From Clostridia bacterium (GTDB taxonomy: Bacteria > Bacillota > Clostridia > TANB77 > CAG-508), in the NCBI GenBank assembly GCA_900754085.1, contig CAAEBO010000006.1:10393-74392 (forward strand): DNA of 64,000 nucleotides. Direction: 5' to 3'. The notes under the pieces were generated by a model that saw only the letters and a program-made list of their open reading frames with translations, had not been told where the DNA came from and did not search any database. Positions 45,098-55,828 of the stretch are shown in pieces. Each line of letters starts with the position of its first letter. Position 1 is the first letter of the stretch. The translations under genes and the position numbers were made by a program.

Positions 45098-46048
45098 GAT
45101 GTGTTTTTTTATTACTTTTACTAATGTTGTTTTTATTTGTTCTGGAGTTCCATTTATTTTGCAACCGGCTGCTTTTACATGTCCTCCACCACCAAATACC
45201 ATTGCAACATCTGAAACGTTTACATTGTCATTTGCACGTAATGATATTTTGTATGTTTTATCTTCTATTTGACGTAAAAATGCAGATACTTCTACTCCTT
45301 CTACATCTCTACCTTTTTCTACTATTCCTTCATGATCTCCTGGTTCTGCATTAACATCTATTTCGTCTTGTTTTGTTATATATGTAAAGGCTATTTTTCC
45401 ATCTTCTAAGAATTCCAATCTATTCATTGCTATTTTTTCTAATTCAAAACTTGATTTTGTTTTTATTTGCAATGCTTTTTTATATACATTAGAAACATTG
45501 ACTCCTGCTTGCATTAACCATGCAACAAATTGAAATGTTTCTGCAGATACCCCTTGATATTTAAAACCACCAGTATCTGTTATAATTCCTGTTAGTAAGC
45601 ATTCTCCTATTTCTTTATTTATTTTTATATTTAATGCCTCTAATACTATTATTAATATTTGTGCACAAGCAGGAGATGCAGGATTAACATAATTGTAATC
45701 TGCAAACATCCCGTTTTTTGTGTGGTGGTCAATATTAATAGTTACATTTGCTCTGTCAAAATAATCTTGCCAACCATTTAATCTTTCTATTGTTGCACAA
45801 TCCACAGTTATAGCTAAATCATAATTAGTTATTTTTCCTTCTTTTTTTATCTCGCTATATCCGGTTAAAAAGTTAAAATTTCTAGGACATTCTGGTATTA
45901 TAACATCTACACTTTTTCCTATTTGTTTTAAAGCATTATACATTGCTAAACTGCTACCTATTGCATCACCATCTGGAGTTTCATGAGTTAATACAACTAT
46001 GCTTTCTGCTTTTTTTATTTCTTCTACAATACTATCTAATGTTGTCAT
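45089..46048 (-). CDS. nrnA: DHH/DHHA1 phosphoesterase (NrnA-type oligoribonuclease/pAp phosphatase)
   Basis: Contains HETPDGDAIGS, NIDHH and GGGH. Confidence 0.85.
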   Translation of the reverse strand: MTTLDSIVEEIKKAESIVVLTHETPDGDAIGSSLAMYNALKQIGKSVDVIIPECPRNFNFLTGYSEIKKEGKITNYDLAITVDCATIERLNGWQDYFDRANVTINIDHHTKNGMFADYNYVNPASPACAQILIIVLEALNIKINKEIGECLLTGIITDTGGFKYQGVSAETFQFVAWLMQAGVNVSNVYKKALQIKTKSSFELEKIAMNRLEFLEDGKIAFTYITKQDEIDVNAEPGDHEGIVEKGRDVEGVEVSAFLRQIEDKTYKISLRANDNVNVSDVAMVFGGGGHVKAAGCKINGTPEQIKTTLVKVIKKHIGI

Positions 46049-46050
46049 AA

Positions 46051-46428
46051 TTATTCTCCTTTATTTTCTGGTTTTATATCTTTTATAACCTCTTTTAGGA
46101 TTGTATCTATTCTTGCTCCATACTCTATAGAATCATCAAAAATAAATATAATTTCTGGTGTAGAACGTAAATTTAATCTTTTTGCAACTTCTGTTCTAAC
46201 AAAACCTGCAGATTTTTTTAATGCCATTAGAACTTGTTTATTGTCTTTTGCATTTAGCATACTTACATAAACTTTAGCATATTTTAAGTCTCCACTAACT
46301 TTTACTTTAGTTACACTTATTAGCCCAGTTATATTAGGATCTTTTAAGTCATATGTTATTATATGACTTATTTCCTTTTTCATTTCTTCATCTATTCTGT
46401 TTAATCTATTTTGATTTTTATTAGGCAT
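46051..46428 (-). CDS. rbfA: Ribosome-binding factor A
   Basis: 125 aa. Contains RLNRIDEEMKKEISHII and RSTPEIIFIFD. Confidence 0.92.
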   Translation of the reverse strand: MPNKNQNRLNRIDEEMKKEISHIITYDLKDPNITGLISVTKVKVSGDLKYAKVYVSMLNAKDNKQVLMALKKSAGFVRTEVAKRLNLRSTPEIIFIFDDSIEYGARIDTILKEVIKDIKPENKGE

Positions 46429-46445
46429 ATATACCTCCTTTGATA

Positions 46446-49385
46446 TTATCTTTTTACTTCATCCATTACGAATGCTTCTATAATATCTCCTTCTTTTATA
46501 TCATTATAATTTTCTATTTGCATACCACATTCGAAGCCTTTATTTACTTCTTTTGCATCATCTTTAAATCTCTTTAATGATGATAACTTACCTTCGTGAA
46601 TAACTACTTCTTCACGTATTACACGAACACCTGCATTTCTTTCTATTTTTCCTGTTAATACAAATGCTCCTCCAATTGTTCCTACATTAGAAATTCTAAA
46701 TGTTTGTCTTATTTCTGCTGTTCCTATTACTCTTTCTACATATTTAGGATCTAACATACCTTTCATTGCTGTTTCTACATCTTCAATTGCTTGGTAAATA
46801 ATTGAATATTGTTTTATTTCTACATTGTCTTTTTCTGCTTCTGCTTTTGCAGTTGGAACAGGTCTTACATTAAATGCAATTATAATAGCGTTAGAAACAT
46901 TTGCAAGTGTAACATCAGATTCTGTAACAGCACCTACTGCTGAGTGTATTACTTTTACTCTAACTTCTTCATTAGACAATTTTTCTAATGATTGTTTTAC
47001 AGCTTCTACAGTTCCTTGAACATCTGCTTTTATAATTAAATTTAATTGTTTTAATTTTCCTTCTTCCATTTGAGTAAATAAATTATCTAATGTAACTTTA
47101 TTTACTTGGTTTATAGATTTTTCTCTATTTTGTCTTTTTCTTCTTTCTATTAAGTGTTTAGCCATTTTTTCATCTTTTACTTCGTAGAAAGTTTCTCCAG
47201 CTACTGGAACTTCTGTAAGTCCCATAACTTCTACTGGCATTGATGGACCAGCTTTTTTAACTTTTTGACCTTTATAATTTTTCATAGCTCTAATTCTACC
47301 AATAGAAGAACCTACAACTATTGTATCACCCATGTCTAATGTTCCTCTTTGTACTAGTAATGAAGCTATTGGTCCTTTAGATTTATCTAGTCTTGCTTCT
47401 ATTACAGCTCCTTTAGCTTGTTTATGAGGATTTACTTTTAAGTCTAACATATCTGCTTCTAATACTACCATTTCTAGTAATTGTTCTATATTTTGCTTTG
47501 TTTTAGCAGATATTGGAACATAAATTGTGTCCCCACCCCATTCTTCTGGAACTAATTCATATCTCATTAATTCTTCTTTTACTTTTTCTATATTAGCTCC
47601 TGGTAAATCTATTTTATTTATTGCTACAATTATTGGAATATTCGCTGCTTTAGCATGGTTAATTGCTTCTACAGTTTGTGGCATAACACCATCATTTGCA
47701 GCAACAACTAATATTGCTATATCTGTAATTTTAGCACCCCTAGCACGCATACTTGTAAATGCTTCGTGTCCTGGTGTATCTAAGAAAGTAATATCTCTAT
47801 CTTTTACTTTTACTTGGTAAGCACCTATATGTTGTGTTATACCTCCGGCTTCGCCTTCTATTACATTAGTTGAACGTATTGCATCTAATAATGAAGTTTT
47901 TCCATGGTCTACGTGTCCCATTACTACAATAACTGGTGCTCTTGGTACTAAGTCTTCTTCTTTATCTTCAGAATCATCAAATAATATGTCTTCTTCTTTT
48001 ACTACAGTTTTCTTTTTAGCAGTTACCCCAAATTCTTCTGCTATTAAGTAAGCAGTATCAAAGTCTATGTCATTATTTATAGTAGCCATAATTCCATATC
48101 CTAGTAATTTCTTTATAACTTCGCTACTTGTTTTCTTTAATTCTGCTGCTAAATCTTTTACAGAAATAGTTTCTGGAATAGTAATTTCTGTAAGTTTAAA
48201 TATTTTTTGCTTAGATTCACTTTCTTTAGCATTTTTAGCATTTTTCTTTTTATTTTTCTTACCTCTTCTTGTAGATAAGTCGTAATAATCTAACATTCCG
48301 CCGTCTTGTTCAGAAAACATTGTAGATAAGCTACTTGTTTGTTTTAAATCTTGTAGTTTCTTTTCATTTATATCTTCATCACTAAATCTTTTACTTGCTT
48401 TTACAGATTTTTTTGTTTTATTTTCTTCATACTTATTATTTTTTTGTTTTTCTATTGTTTTATTGTTATATTCTCTTACAACTTCTTTTTCTACTACTTC
48501 TGAAGACATTATATTTTTAATATTCTTTTCGATTGTTCTTTCATCCATTGGTCTAGGACCTTTAGAATAATTATTGTTTCTAAAGTTATTATTACCATTA
48601 TTATTGTTGTTTCTGTAGTTATTGTTTCTATAACCATCTCTGTTATTATTATTGTTGTTATTATTTCTGAAATTTCTATTATCTCTTCTATTATTATTAT
48701 TAAAATTATTATTTCTTCTTTGAAATTCCTTTTCTTCATTTCTGTTATTATTTGATTCAACTTTTTTTGTTTGTTTATTTCTTTGTGCTTCTATCATATT
48801 CTCTCTTTCACTTTTTTCTATTTTTTTATTTTCTGGTTTTATTTCAGGTTTTACTTCTACCTTAACTTCTTCTTTTATTTCTTCAGTTGTATTTTTTTCT
48901 TTTTCTTCTTTTTTAATTTCTTTTATTTCCTCTTTAGGTTCCTTCTTTGGCTCTTCTTTTTTCTTTATACCAAATAATTCCTCTACAGTAAGTGGTTTTG
49001 TTTGTTTATTTCTATAAACAATATTAAAATCTTTATTTTTATTTCTTTCTACAAAACCTAATTGCTTTTCTCTTTCTTTTTGTTTTTTATGTTTTTCTTC
49101 TTCCTCTTTTTTTACCAATTCTTCGTCAGAAATAATTACTTCTCTTCTTATTATTACAGGTTCATCTTTTTTTGTAGCAGATGAAGGTTGTTTTTTGCTT
49201 GATTTGTTTTTTTGTTCAACTTTATCTTTTTTTCTTAATGCTTCTTCCAGTTTCTTTGCCTCTTCGTCTGTTACAGAACTTAAATGACTTTTTATATCAA
49301 GGTTTAAAGACTTTGCTTTTTCTAATATTTCCTTACTCGTAAGTCCTAATTTTTTTGCTATTTCATGTATTTTTACTTTACCCAA
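46446..49385 (-). CDS. infB: Translation initiation factor IF-2
   Basis: GTPase motifs [14 protein letters not shown] and NKID. The long N-terminal region is K/E-rich and N/R-rich. The likely TTG start at 49385 follows a GGGGGTGA RBS and overlaps the ylxQ stop. The annotated ORF ATG is at 49400. Confidence 0.95.
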   Translation of the reverse strand: MGKVKIHEIAKKLGLTSKEILEKAKSLNLDIKSHLSSVTDEEAKKLEEALRKKDKVEQKNKSSKKQPSSATKKDEPVIIRREVIISDEELVKKEEEEKHKKQKEREKQLGFVERNKNKDFNIVYRNKQTKPLTVEELFGIKKKEEPKKEPKEEIKEIKKEEKEKNTTEEIKEEVKVEVKPEIKPENKKIEKSERENMIEAQRNKQTKKVESNNNRNEEKEFQRRNNNFNNNNRRDNRNFRNNNNNNNNRDGYRNNNYRNNNNNGNNNFRNNNYSKGPRPMDERTIEKNIKNIMSSEVVEKEVVREYNNKTIEKQKNNKYEENKTKKSVKASKRFSDEDINEKKLQDLKQTSSLSTMFSEQDGGMLDYYDLSTRRGKKNKKKNAKNAKESESKQKIFKLTEITIPETISVKDLAAELKKTSSEVIKKLLGYGIMATINNDIDFDTAYLIAEEFGVTAKKKTVVKEEDILFDDSEDKEEDLVPRAPVIVVMGHVDHGKTSLLDAIRSTNVIEGEAGGITQHIGAYQVKVKDRDITFLDTPGHEAFTSMRARGAKITDIAILVVAANDGVMPQTVEAINHAKAANIPIIVAINKIDLPGANIEKVKEELMRYELVPEEWGGDTIYVPISAKTKQNIEQLLEMVVLEADMLDLKVNPHKQAKGAVIEARLDKSKGPIASLLVQRGTLDMGDTIVVGSSIGRIRAMKNYKGQKVKKAGPSMPVEVMGLTEVPVAGETFYEVKDEKMAKHLIERRKRQNREKSINQVNKVTLDNLFTQMEEGKLKQLNLIIKADVQGTVEAVKQSLEKLSNEEVRVKVIHSAVGAVTESDVTLANVSNAIIIAFNVRPVPTAKAEAEKDNVEIKQYSIIYQAIEDVETAMKGMLDPKYVERVIGTAEIRQTFRISNVGTIGGAFVLTGKIERNAGVRVIREEVVIHEGKLSSLKRFKDDAKEVNKGFECGMQIENYNDIKEGDIIEAFVMDEVKR

Positions 49386-49695
49386 TAGCTTCACCCCCAT
49401 TAATTAATTTTTGTATTCCCTTTGCTATATTTATATCTTTTATTCCTATAATCGCTTTATTACTTTGCCCTATTGCCTTACTTAATTCTTCTATAGTACC
49501 TATAATAACAATTGGAATATTATATCTTTCTGCATAAAATTTATAATTCTTTTTGGTCTTTTCTGAAGCTTCCTCAGAAACTACTAACATTTTTACTTTT
49601 CCAATTTTTAAAGCATTTTCGCATGCATTACTTCCTGCAATTATATTACCTGCTCTTGTTGCTAAACCAATCAGATTAAAAATTTTATTTTTCAC
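49378..49695 (-). CDS. ylxQ: L7Ae/L30e-family RNA-binding protein YlxQ
   Basis: 105 aa. It occupies the conserved position between ylxR and infB. Confidence 0.85.
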   Translation of the reverse strand: MKNKIFNLIGLATRAGNIIAGSNACENALKIGKVKMLVVSEEASEKTKKNYKFYAERYNIPIVIIGTIEELSKAIGQSNKAIIGIKDINIAKGIQKLINGGEAIG

Positions 49696-49945
49696 TAATT
49701 ACACCTCTTAATTCATTATAAACAGTTTCTTCTATTTCCATTTCAAATGTTCTTGCTAAAGCCTTTGTTTTTATCGCTTTTTCTAAACATTGAATATTAT
49801 CACAAATATATGCCCCTCTACCATTTGCTCTTCCTGTTCTATCCAATGTAATATTTCCTTCTTTATCTTTAACAATACGAATTAACTCTTTTTTATCTTT
49901 TTTTTCTCTACAACCAATGCAAGTTCTTTGTGGTATTTTTTTCAT
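49685..49945 (-). CDS. ylxR: YlxR/RnpM (DUF448) RNA-binding protein
   Basis: Contains RTCIGCREKKDKKELIRIV and GRGAYIC. Confidence 0.88.
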   Translation of the reverse strand: MKKIPQRTCIGCREKKDKKELIRIVKDKEGNITLDRTGRANGRGAYICDNIQCLEKAIKTKALARTFEMEIEETVYNELRGVISEK

Positions 49946-49991
49946 ATTAACACTCCTTATATTATACTTGCTTATTTTTGTTTATATGTCT

Positions 49992-51116
49992 TTATTCTTC
50001 GTTATTCTCTTCATTATTTGCTTCTAATTGTTCTTGCTTTTCTAATAATATTTTTCTGAATTGTGATTCAGATTTTATATCTATTCTCCAGTCTGATAAT
50101 CCTGTTAATTTAGCTGCTAGTCTTGCATTTTGTCCAGATTTACCTATTGCTAATGATAATTGGTCATCTGGAACTATTACTTGTGCAACTCTGTTTTCTT
50201 CATCTATATCTACCGCCATTACTTGTGCTGGTAATAAAGCAGATGATATATAAATAGATAAGTCTGCATTCCATTCTATTACATCTATTTTTTCTCCGTT
50301 TAGTTCATTTATAATGTTTTGAATTCTTACTCCTTTTTGCCCTACACATGAACCAACTGGATCTATATTTTCGTTTGGTGAATATACAGCTATTTTACTT
50401 CTGCTTCCTGCATCTCTAGATACTGCTTTTATTTCTATAACACCTTCATATATTTCTGGTATTTCGAATTCAAATAATTTTTTAACAAATTCTGGACAAG
50501 CTCTAGAAATTATAACTTGAGGCGCTCCTTTTAATCCTTTCTCTACGTCTAAAATATAGCCTTTTATTTTATCATTTACATGATATTTTTCTGTAGGAAT
50601 TTGTTCCTTAGCTGGCATAACTCCTTCTACTTTTCCTAAGTCCATAACTACAATACCTTGGTCTGCTTTTTGTATTATTCCAGAAACTATTTCACCTTTT
50701 CTTTCATTGTATTCACTGTATACTATTTCTCTTTCTGCCTCTCTTAATTTTTGGATAATTACTTGTTTTGCTGTTTGTGCTGCAATTCTACCAAAGTTTT
50801 TTGGAACTAGCTCTACATCTACTGTAGTACCTACCTGTGCTTCTTTGTCTAATTTTCTAGCTTCTTCTAAGCTTATTTGTAAAACTGGATTTTCAGCATG
50901 TTCTACTACTTCTTTTACAGAATATAAATGTGATGCTCCTGTTTCTCTATCTACTATAACTTTTACATTTTCTTGTGAATTATAGTTTCTTTTATAAGCT
51001 GTTAATAATGCTGATTCTATAGAGTCTAATAAATAATCTTTTTTTATTCCCTTTTCCTTTTCTAGTTCTTGTATTGCAACTATTAATTGTTTATTGTCTA
51101 TTCCTTCTTCTCTCAT
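49992..51116 (-). CDS. nusA: Transcription termination/antitermination factor NusA
   Basis: S1 domain and KH domains ([16 protein letters not shown]). 374 aa. Confidence 0.95.
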   Translation of the reverse strand: MREEGIDNKQLIVAIQELEKEKGIKKDYLLDSIESALLTAYKRNYNSQENVKVIVDRETGASHLYSVKEVVEHAENPVLQISLEEARKLDKEAQVGTTVDVELVPKNFGRIAAQTAKQVIIQKLREAEREIVYSEYNERKGEIVSGIIQKADQGIVVMDLGKVEGVMPAKEQIPTEKYHVNDKIKGYILDVEKGLKGAPQVIISRACPEFVKKLFEFEIPEIYEGVIEIKAVSRDAGSRSKIAVYSPNENIDPVGSCVGQKGVRIQNIINELNGEKIDVIEWNADLSIYISSALLPAQVMAVDIDEENRVAQVIVPDDQLSLAIGKSGQNARLAAKLTGLSDWRIDIKSESQFRKILLEKQEQLEANNEENNEE

Positions 51117-51130
51117 TGCTTACACTCCTT

Positions 51131-51574
51131 TTACCAATTATATTTTATTTTAATTAAAGAAATATCTTTTCTAGGTATGTTTAATTCTTCTATGTTTATT
51201 GTTTCTTCATTAAATCCTACTAAATTTCCTATTATTACTTTTTCTCCATTAAATGGCTTAAATAGTTTTACTTCAACTTCTTTGCCAATATTTTCTTCTA
51301 TTTGCCAGTCTTTTCTTAATATTCTTTCTATTCCTGGTGATGAAACTTCTAAAAAATATTGGTCTTTAATATAATCCTTTTCATCTAATATTTCTGTAAT
51401 AGCATTATTTACTTTTTCGCAATCTTCTAAATCTATTCCTGTTTCTTTATCTATAAAAATTCTTAAATAGTAATCTTTTGCTTCCTTTTCATAAATAACA
51501 TCATATAATTTGTAACCTAAATTTGTTATTATAGGTTTTATTAAGTCTTCTACATTTCTTTCTATTTTAGACAA
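51131..51574 (-). CDS. rimP: Ribosome maturation factor RimP
   Basis: Contains LYDVIYEKEAKDYYLRIFID and EVSSPGIERIL. The TTG at 51574 after AGGAGG is preferred over the ATG at 51598. Confidence 0.9.
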   Translation of the reverse strand: MSKIERNVEDLIKPIITNLGYKLYDVIYEKEAKDYYLRIFIDKETGIDLEDCEKVNNAITEILDEKDYIKDQYFLEVSSPGIERILRKDWQIEENIGKEVEVKLFKPFNGEKVIIGNLVGFNEETINIEELNIPRKDISLIKIKYNW

Positions 51575-51598
51575 GTCTTTACCTCCTATTACACTCAT

Positions 51599-51625
51599 AA
51601 GGAGTGGGATTTGTTCCCACTCCTT
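51599..51625 (-). other. Perfect 11-bp hairpin in the rimP-nusA leader
   Basis: The minus strand reads AAGGAGTGGGA-ACAAA-TCCCACTCCTT, directly upstream of the rimP start region. No U-tract follows. Confidence 0.7.
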
Positions 51626-51650
51626 ATGTAATGTATTTTGCTATATTGGT

Positions 51651-51679
51651 ATTATATAACATATATTCCCAAAAATCAA
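51651..51679 (-). promoter_or_regulatory. Sigma-A promoter of the rimP-nusA-infB operon
   Basis: The minus strand reads TTGATT, a 17-nt spacer, then TATAAT. Confidence 0.6.
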
Positions 51680-51722
51680 GGTTTAAGCGATATTTTATTA
51701 AAACCTTTTTCGTCATTTTTTG

Positions 51723-54700
51723 CTAAATTTTAATTTCTTTATTAAGCCAAGTTGAATATATGTATACTCTATCTACTTTTCTTTTTAAAGCCTCTTCTAA
51801 TGCTTTTTTATAAATTGATAATTGGATATTGTATTTTTCCTTTAAGCTTTCTTCGTTATTATTTTCTACATAGTCTGTTTTATAATCAACTAAAACTAAC
51901 TCATCATTATTTGTTATGTAATATAAGTCTATAATTCCTTGAACTAGAACTTCGTCTTCTGCGCTATTTTTATATATTTCTTTAGCTTTTAAATTAAGAT
52001 AAAATGCTTTTTCTTGTTCTACAATTTTTGCTTCTTGCATTTCTTTCCAAATATTAGACTCTAAAAATGCTAATATCTTATTATAATTTACGCTTTCAGC
52101 TTCTTTAGGTAAAATTATTTCCTTTTCTACTAAGCTATCTACCATTCTCTTTAACTTTTCTAGATTGTAATTTTCTTTACTGTTTAATTTCTGTAAGCAC
52201 AAGTGCATTATAGTTCCTTTTTCTGCTGGTGTTAAGTTTGTATTTTCTATTAAAAAATTTGGTTTCTTAAGTATTGCTTCCACTTTATTTTCTTCTCTTT
52301 CTATGGACAATTCTTTAATTTTAGAAACAGATATTTCACTTGGTATTTCTGTAGATTCTTTGTACTTATATTCCCATTCTAATATGGATTTTATTTTTTC
52401 TAAATTCGCATTAGATATTTCTCTATTTTTTGCATATTTTAATATATCTTTCTTTTCAAAATCGCTTTTTAAATTATTACTTAATATATCTTTTTTATTT
52501 ATTACATTAAACTGGAATATATCCGAATTTTTAATTTTATTTTTTAGGTAAACTAATTCTATCCAATCTAAATAAGATTTATAACTTTCTAATATTTTCG
52601 AATTAATTTTGCTAGAATTTGTATTTGCATATATTTCTAATTCTCTTTCTTTTTTTTCTATAGACTTTTCTAAATCTTTTTCTATTCCTGTAATAATTAA
52701 TTTTTCTTTTGCTCTTGTTAAAGCAACATATAGCACTCTCATTTCTTCGGAAATGCTCTCTTTTTTGCTTATAATTTTTATAGCTTCTTTGGCAAGCGTT
52801 GGATATTCTATTTTCAGCTTACTATTTTCATAATTTGGTCCAAATCCAATTTCTTGATGTATTAATATTTTTTCTTTTAAGTCTTTTAAATTAAAGTTTT
52901 TGCCTGTACTGCTTAAAAATACTACTGGAAACTCTAATCCTTTACTTTTATGAATACTCATAATTCTAACTACATTTTCATTTTCTCCAATTATTTTAGC
53001 AGAGCCCAAATCATTATTCTTTAATTTTAGTTTATCAATAAAATTTATAAAATTAAACACACCCTTAAACGATGCACTTTCATACTGTTTCGCTCTTTCA
53101 AAAAGCATTTTCAAATTTGCTTGTCTTAATTTTCCATTTTGCATTAAGCCAACATAATTATAGTATCCTGTATCCATGTAAATTTTCCAAATTAATTCGT
53201 CTAAAGCTAAAAATTCACTATCTTCCCTCCATGTATTTATCATATTTAAGAAATTATCAATTTTATCTCTTAAAGCTACATTTACTTGAATTCTAGATTT
53301 CATAATACTTTCATAAAAATTTTCGTATTTATCTGCTAATCTAATTTCTATTAAGTCATTGTCTGTAAAACCACCTATCATAGATCTCATTACTGTAACA
53401 AGTGGTATATCTTGCATTGGATTATCTATTATTTTTAAGCAAGACATAATTAATTGTATTTCTACAGAATTTAAGTATTCTGTCGAAGTTTCGCTGTACA
53501 CAGGCATTCCTAAATCTGATATTTCCTTTTCATATATTGGTGATAGTTCTGTTGTCGATCTTAAAAGCACCACTATATCTTTATATGTAATTTTTCTGTA
53601 GCCTTCTATTTTATCCATTACATAGTAATTACTATTTACAAGTTCATTTATTTTTTTTGCTACATATTTTGCTTCTAAAATAGAATTTTCTACTCTTTCT
53701 TCTTGTTCTGCATCTTCTGTTTCCTGATTAGTTTCTTTTGCATTTTCTTCTAGGTTTATTACATTTATTTCTGTTTTTCCTGCAAAATCTATGTTTTTTA
53801 TTTCTGGTTCTTTATAATCTGCTCCTAAATTTAAATACTCTTCTTCTGTATATTCTACATCACCTAATTTTTTACTCATAATTTCTTCGAAAATTATATT
53901 TGTTGTATCTAGTATATTTTTTCTACTTCTAAAGTTTTTAAATAATTGTATTTTAAGACTGTCTTTTTCATCTTTATTGCTCTTAAGCTTATATGTTTCA
54001 TATTTGTTTAAAAATAGTTCAGGCATTGCTTGTCTAAATTTATATATACTTTGTTTTACATCTCCTACCATAAATATATTATTATTTTTAGAAATTGATG
54101 TTAATATATATTCTTGTACCATATTACTGTCTTGATACTCATCTATAGCAATTTCCTCAAATTTATCCTGATACTTCTTTGCAATCTCTGTTGGTATATA
54201 TTTACCATTTTCTTCTTTTATTAAAATTTTTAAGGCTAAATGCTCTATATCGTTAAAATCTATAATATTTTTTTCTAATTTTGCTTTTTTATAGTTTTCA
54301 TTAAATTTGATAATTATTTGTGCTAAAAGATTTAATATTTTGTACATATCTTTTAAGTCTTCTAAGATTTCTTTAGAACTATATATAAAAATACTGTCTT
54401 TCATCTTTTTAAATTTAGCATTTATTATATCTCTTTTTTCTTTAACTATAGCTGGTGTTTCAGAATTTATTTTCTTACTGCTTGGCCACCTAACAAATGA
54501 AAAATTATTTGCCAATTCATAAGCTTTATCCCATGAGTCTAAATTTTCTTTTAATACTTCTAAATTCTCTATATCCATTCTTATTGCTTGTGAGTGTTTC
54601 TCTAGTTCTATTTCTTCATCCAACTCTTTTTTTATTTTCTTTAGCCCTAATATGTTTTCTTCTATACATTCTTTATAATTATTTAATATAACTTTTCCCC

Positions 54701-55334
54701 ATACAGTGTCTGCAAAATCCGAATTTTCTAAATCTATATTAAACATTTCTACTTTCTCTTTTAGCCATTTTTCTGGAAATGGCGCACTCTGAATGAACGA
54801 GTATATACTTTTCATTATATTTTTAAGTGGTGTATCATCTTTATATGTTGTATAATTTTCTAGCAGTTCAAAAAATCCTTCATCTTCTTTTAAATATAAA
54901 TCCTCAAATAATGTTTCTAAAACTTCTTCTTTTAATAATTCTATTTCCGCTGTATCTCCAATTCTAAAATTTGGAGAAATATTTATTTCGTAAAAGTTAT
55001 TTCTTATTACATCTAAGCAAAAAGAATGTATTGTACAAATATTAGACTTATTTAAAAGTGTTATCTGCTTTTGTAATCTTGTATTTGATGGCTCTTCTTC
55101 TATCTTTTTATATATAGCATTTAAAATTCTTTCTCTCATTTCACTTGCAGCAGCATTAGTAAAAGTTACTACTAATAATTTATCTATATCTACCTCTTCG
55201 GAAATAATTTTATTTATTATTCTTTCTACTAAAACAGCAGTCTTTCCACTACCCGCAGCTGCAGCAACTAATATGTTAGAACCCTTTTCATGTATTGCTT
55301 GGCTTTGTTCTTCAGTCCATTTAACCTTACTCAT
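51723..55334 (-). CDS. addA: Helicase-exonuclease AddAB, subunit AddA
   Basis: UvrD/Rep helicase motifs (AAAGSGKT, DEYQD) plus a C-terminal PD-(D/E)xK nuclease (GIIDLYY..LVLVDYKTD). The start is set at MSKVKWTEEQ after an AAGGAGAA RBS. Confidence 0.9.
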   Translation of the reverse strand: MSKVKWTEEQSQAIHEKGSNILVAAAAGSGKTAVLVERIINKIISEEVDIDKLLVVTFTNAAASEMRERILNAIYKKIEEEPSNTRLQKQITLLNKSNICTIHSFCLDVIRNNFYEINISPNFRIGDTAEIELLKEEVLETLFEDLYLKEDEGFFELLENYTTYKDDTPLKNIMKSIYSFIQSAPFPEKWLKEKVEMFNIDLENSDFADTVWGKVILNNYKECIEENILGLKKIKKELDEEIELEKHSQAIRMDIENLEVLKENLDSWDKAYELANNFSFVRWPSSKKINSETPAIVKEKRDIINAKFKKMKDSIFIYSSKEILEDLKDMYKILNLLAQIIIKFNENYKKAKLEKNIIDFNDIEHLALKILIKEENGKYIPTEIAKKYQDKFEEIAIDEYQDSNMVQEYILTSISKNNNIFMVGDVKQSIYKFRQAMPELFLNKYETYKLKSNKDEKDSLKIQLFKNFRSRKNILDTTNIIFEEIMSKKLGDVEYTEEEYLNLGADYKEPEIKNIDFAGKTEINVINLEENAKETNQETEDAEQEERVENSILEAKYVAKKINELVNSNYYVMDKIEGYRKITYKDIVVLLRSTTELSPIYEKEISDLGMPVYSETSTEYLNSVEIQLIMSCLKIIDNPMQDIPLVTVMRSMIGGFTDNDLIEIRLADKYENFYESIMKSRIQVNVALRDKIDNFLNMINTWREDSEFLALDELIWKIYMDTGYYNYVGLMQNGKLRQANLKMLFERAKQYESASFKGVFNFINFIDKLKLKNNDLGSAKIIGENENVVRIMSIHKSKGLEFPVVFLSSTGKNFNLKDLKEKILIHQEIGFGPNYENSKLKIEYPTLAKEAIKIISKKESISEEMRVLYVALTRAKEKLIITGIEKDLEKSIEKKERELEIYANTNSSKINSKILESYKSYLDWIELVYLKNKIKNSDIFQFNVINKKDILSNNLKSDFEKKDILKYAKNREISNANLEKIKSILEWEYKYKESTEIPSEISVSKIKELSIEREENKVEAILKKPNFLIENTNLTPAEKGTIMHLCLQKLNSKENYNLEKLKRMVDSLVEKEIILPKEAESVNYNKILAFLESNIWKEMQEAKIVEQEKAFYLNLKAKEIYKNSAEDEVLVQGIIDLYYITNNDELVLVDYKTDYVENNNEESLKEKYNIQLSIYKKALEEALKRKVDRVYIYSTWLNKEIKI

Positions 55335-55357
55335 AATTTCTCCTTTTTTATAAACTT

Positions 55358-55805
55358 TTAAGAACGTCCCCAAAGTTCATATAATTGTTTTATATCATTT
55401 TCATAAAATTTAATTGCATTTTTATATATTTTACTATCTTCTAGATCTATTCCAACTGTTTTTAAAATTTCTAATGACTTTTTACTTCCACCCATTTTTA
55501 ACATATTTATATATTTTTCTACTAGTCCTTCTTCTCCTTCTAAAATTCTGCTTGCTATATCTATTGCACAAGAGATTCCTACTGCATATTTATACACATA
55601 AAAGCATCTATAAAAATGTGGAACTCTAGCCCAATTATATTGGTTGTATTCATCTATTGCTAAGTCTTCTATATATATTCTCTGAAGAGTCCACTAAATT
55701 TCCTTTGTACTTTTCAATTTCTTCTAATTTTTGTTTTACTTTTAGTATGTCTTGTTCATAATCTTCTCTTGTTTTATAAATATCTGTTAATTTCCACTCA
55801 TTCAT
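55358..55805 (-). pseudogene. Oligoendopeptidase F (M3B) remnant with large internal deletion and frameshift
   Basis: An N-terminal piece MNEWKLTDIYKTREDYEQDILKVKQKLEEIEKYKGNL is joined out of frame to a C-terminal piece ...WARVPHFYRCFYVYKYAVGIS...GGSKKSLEILKTVGIDL. The roughly 430 aa expected between them are absent. Confidence 0.7.
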
Positions 55806-55828
55806 TATCTTATCCCCACTTGTTTTTA

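Noticed and set aside
48509-48760. An 83-aa same-strand alternative-frame ORF (T/I/E-rich) inside infB.
   Set aside because: It coincides exactly with the AAT/AGA repeat block that encodes the Asn/Arg-rich part of IF-2. Repetitive codons keep the other frame open by chance, and there is no RBS.
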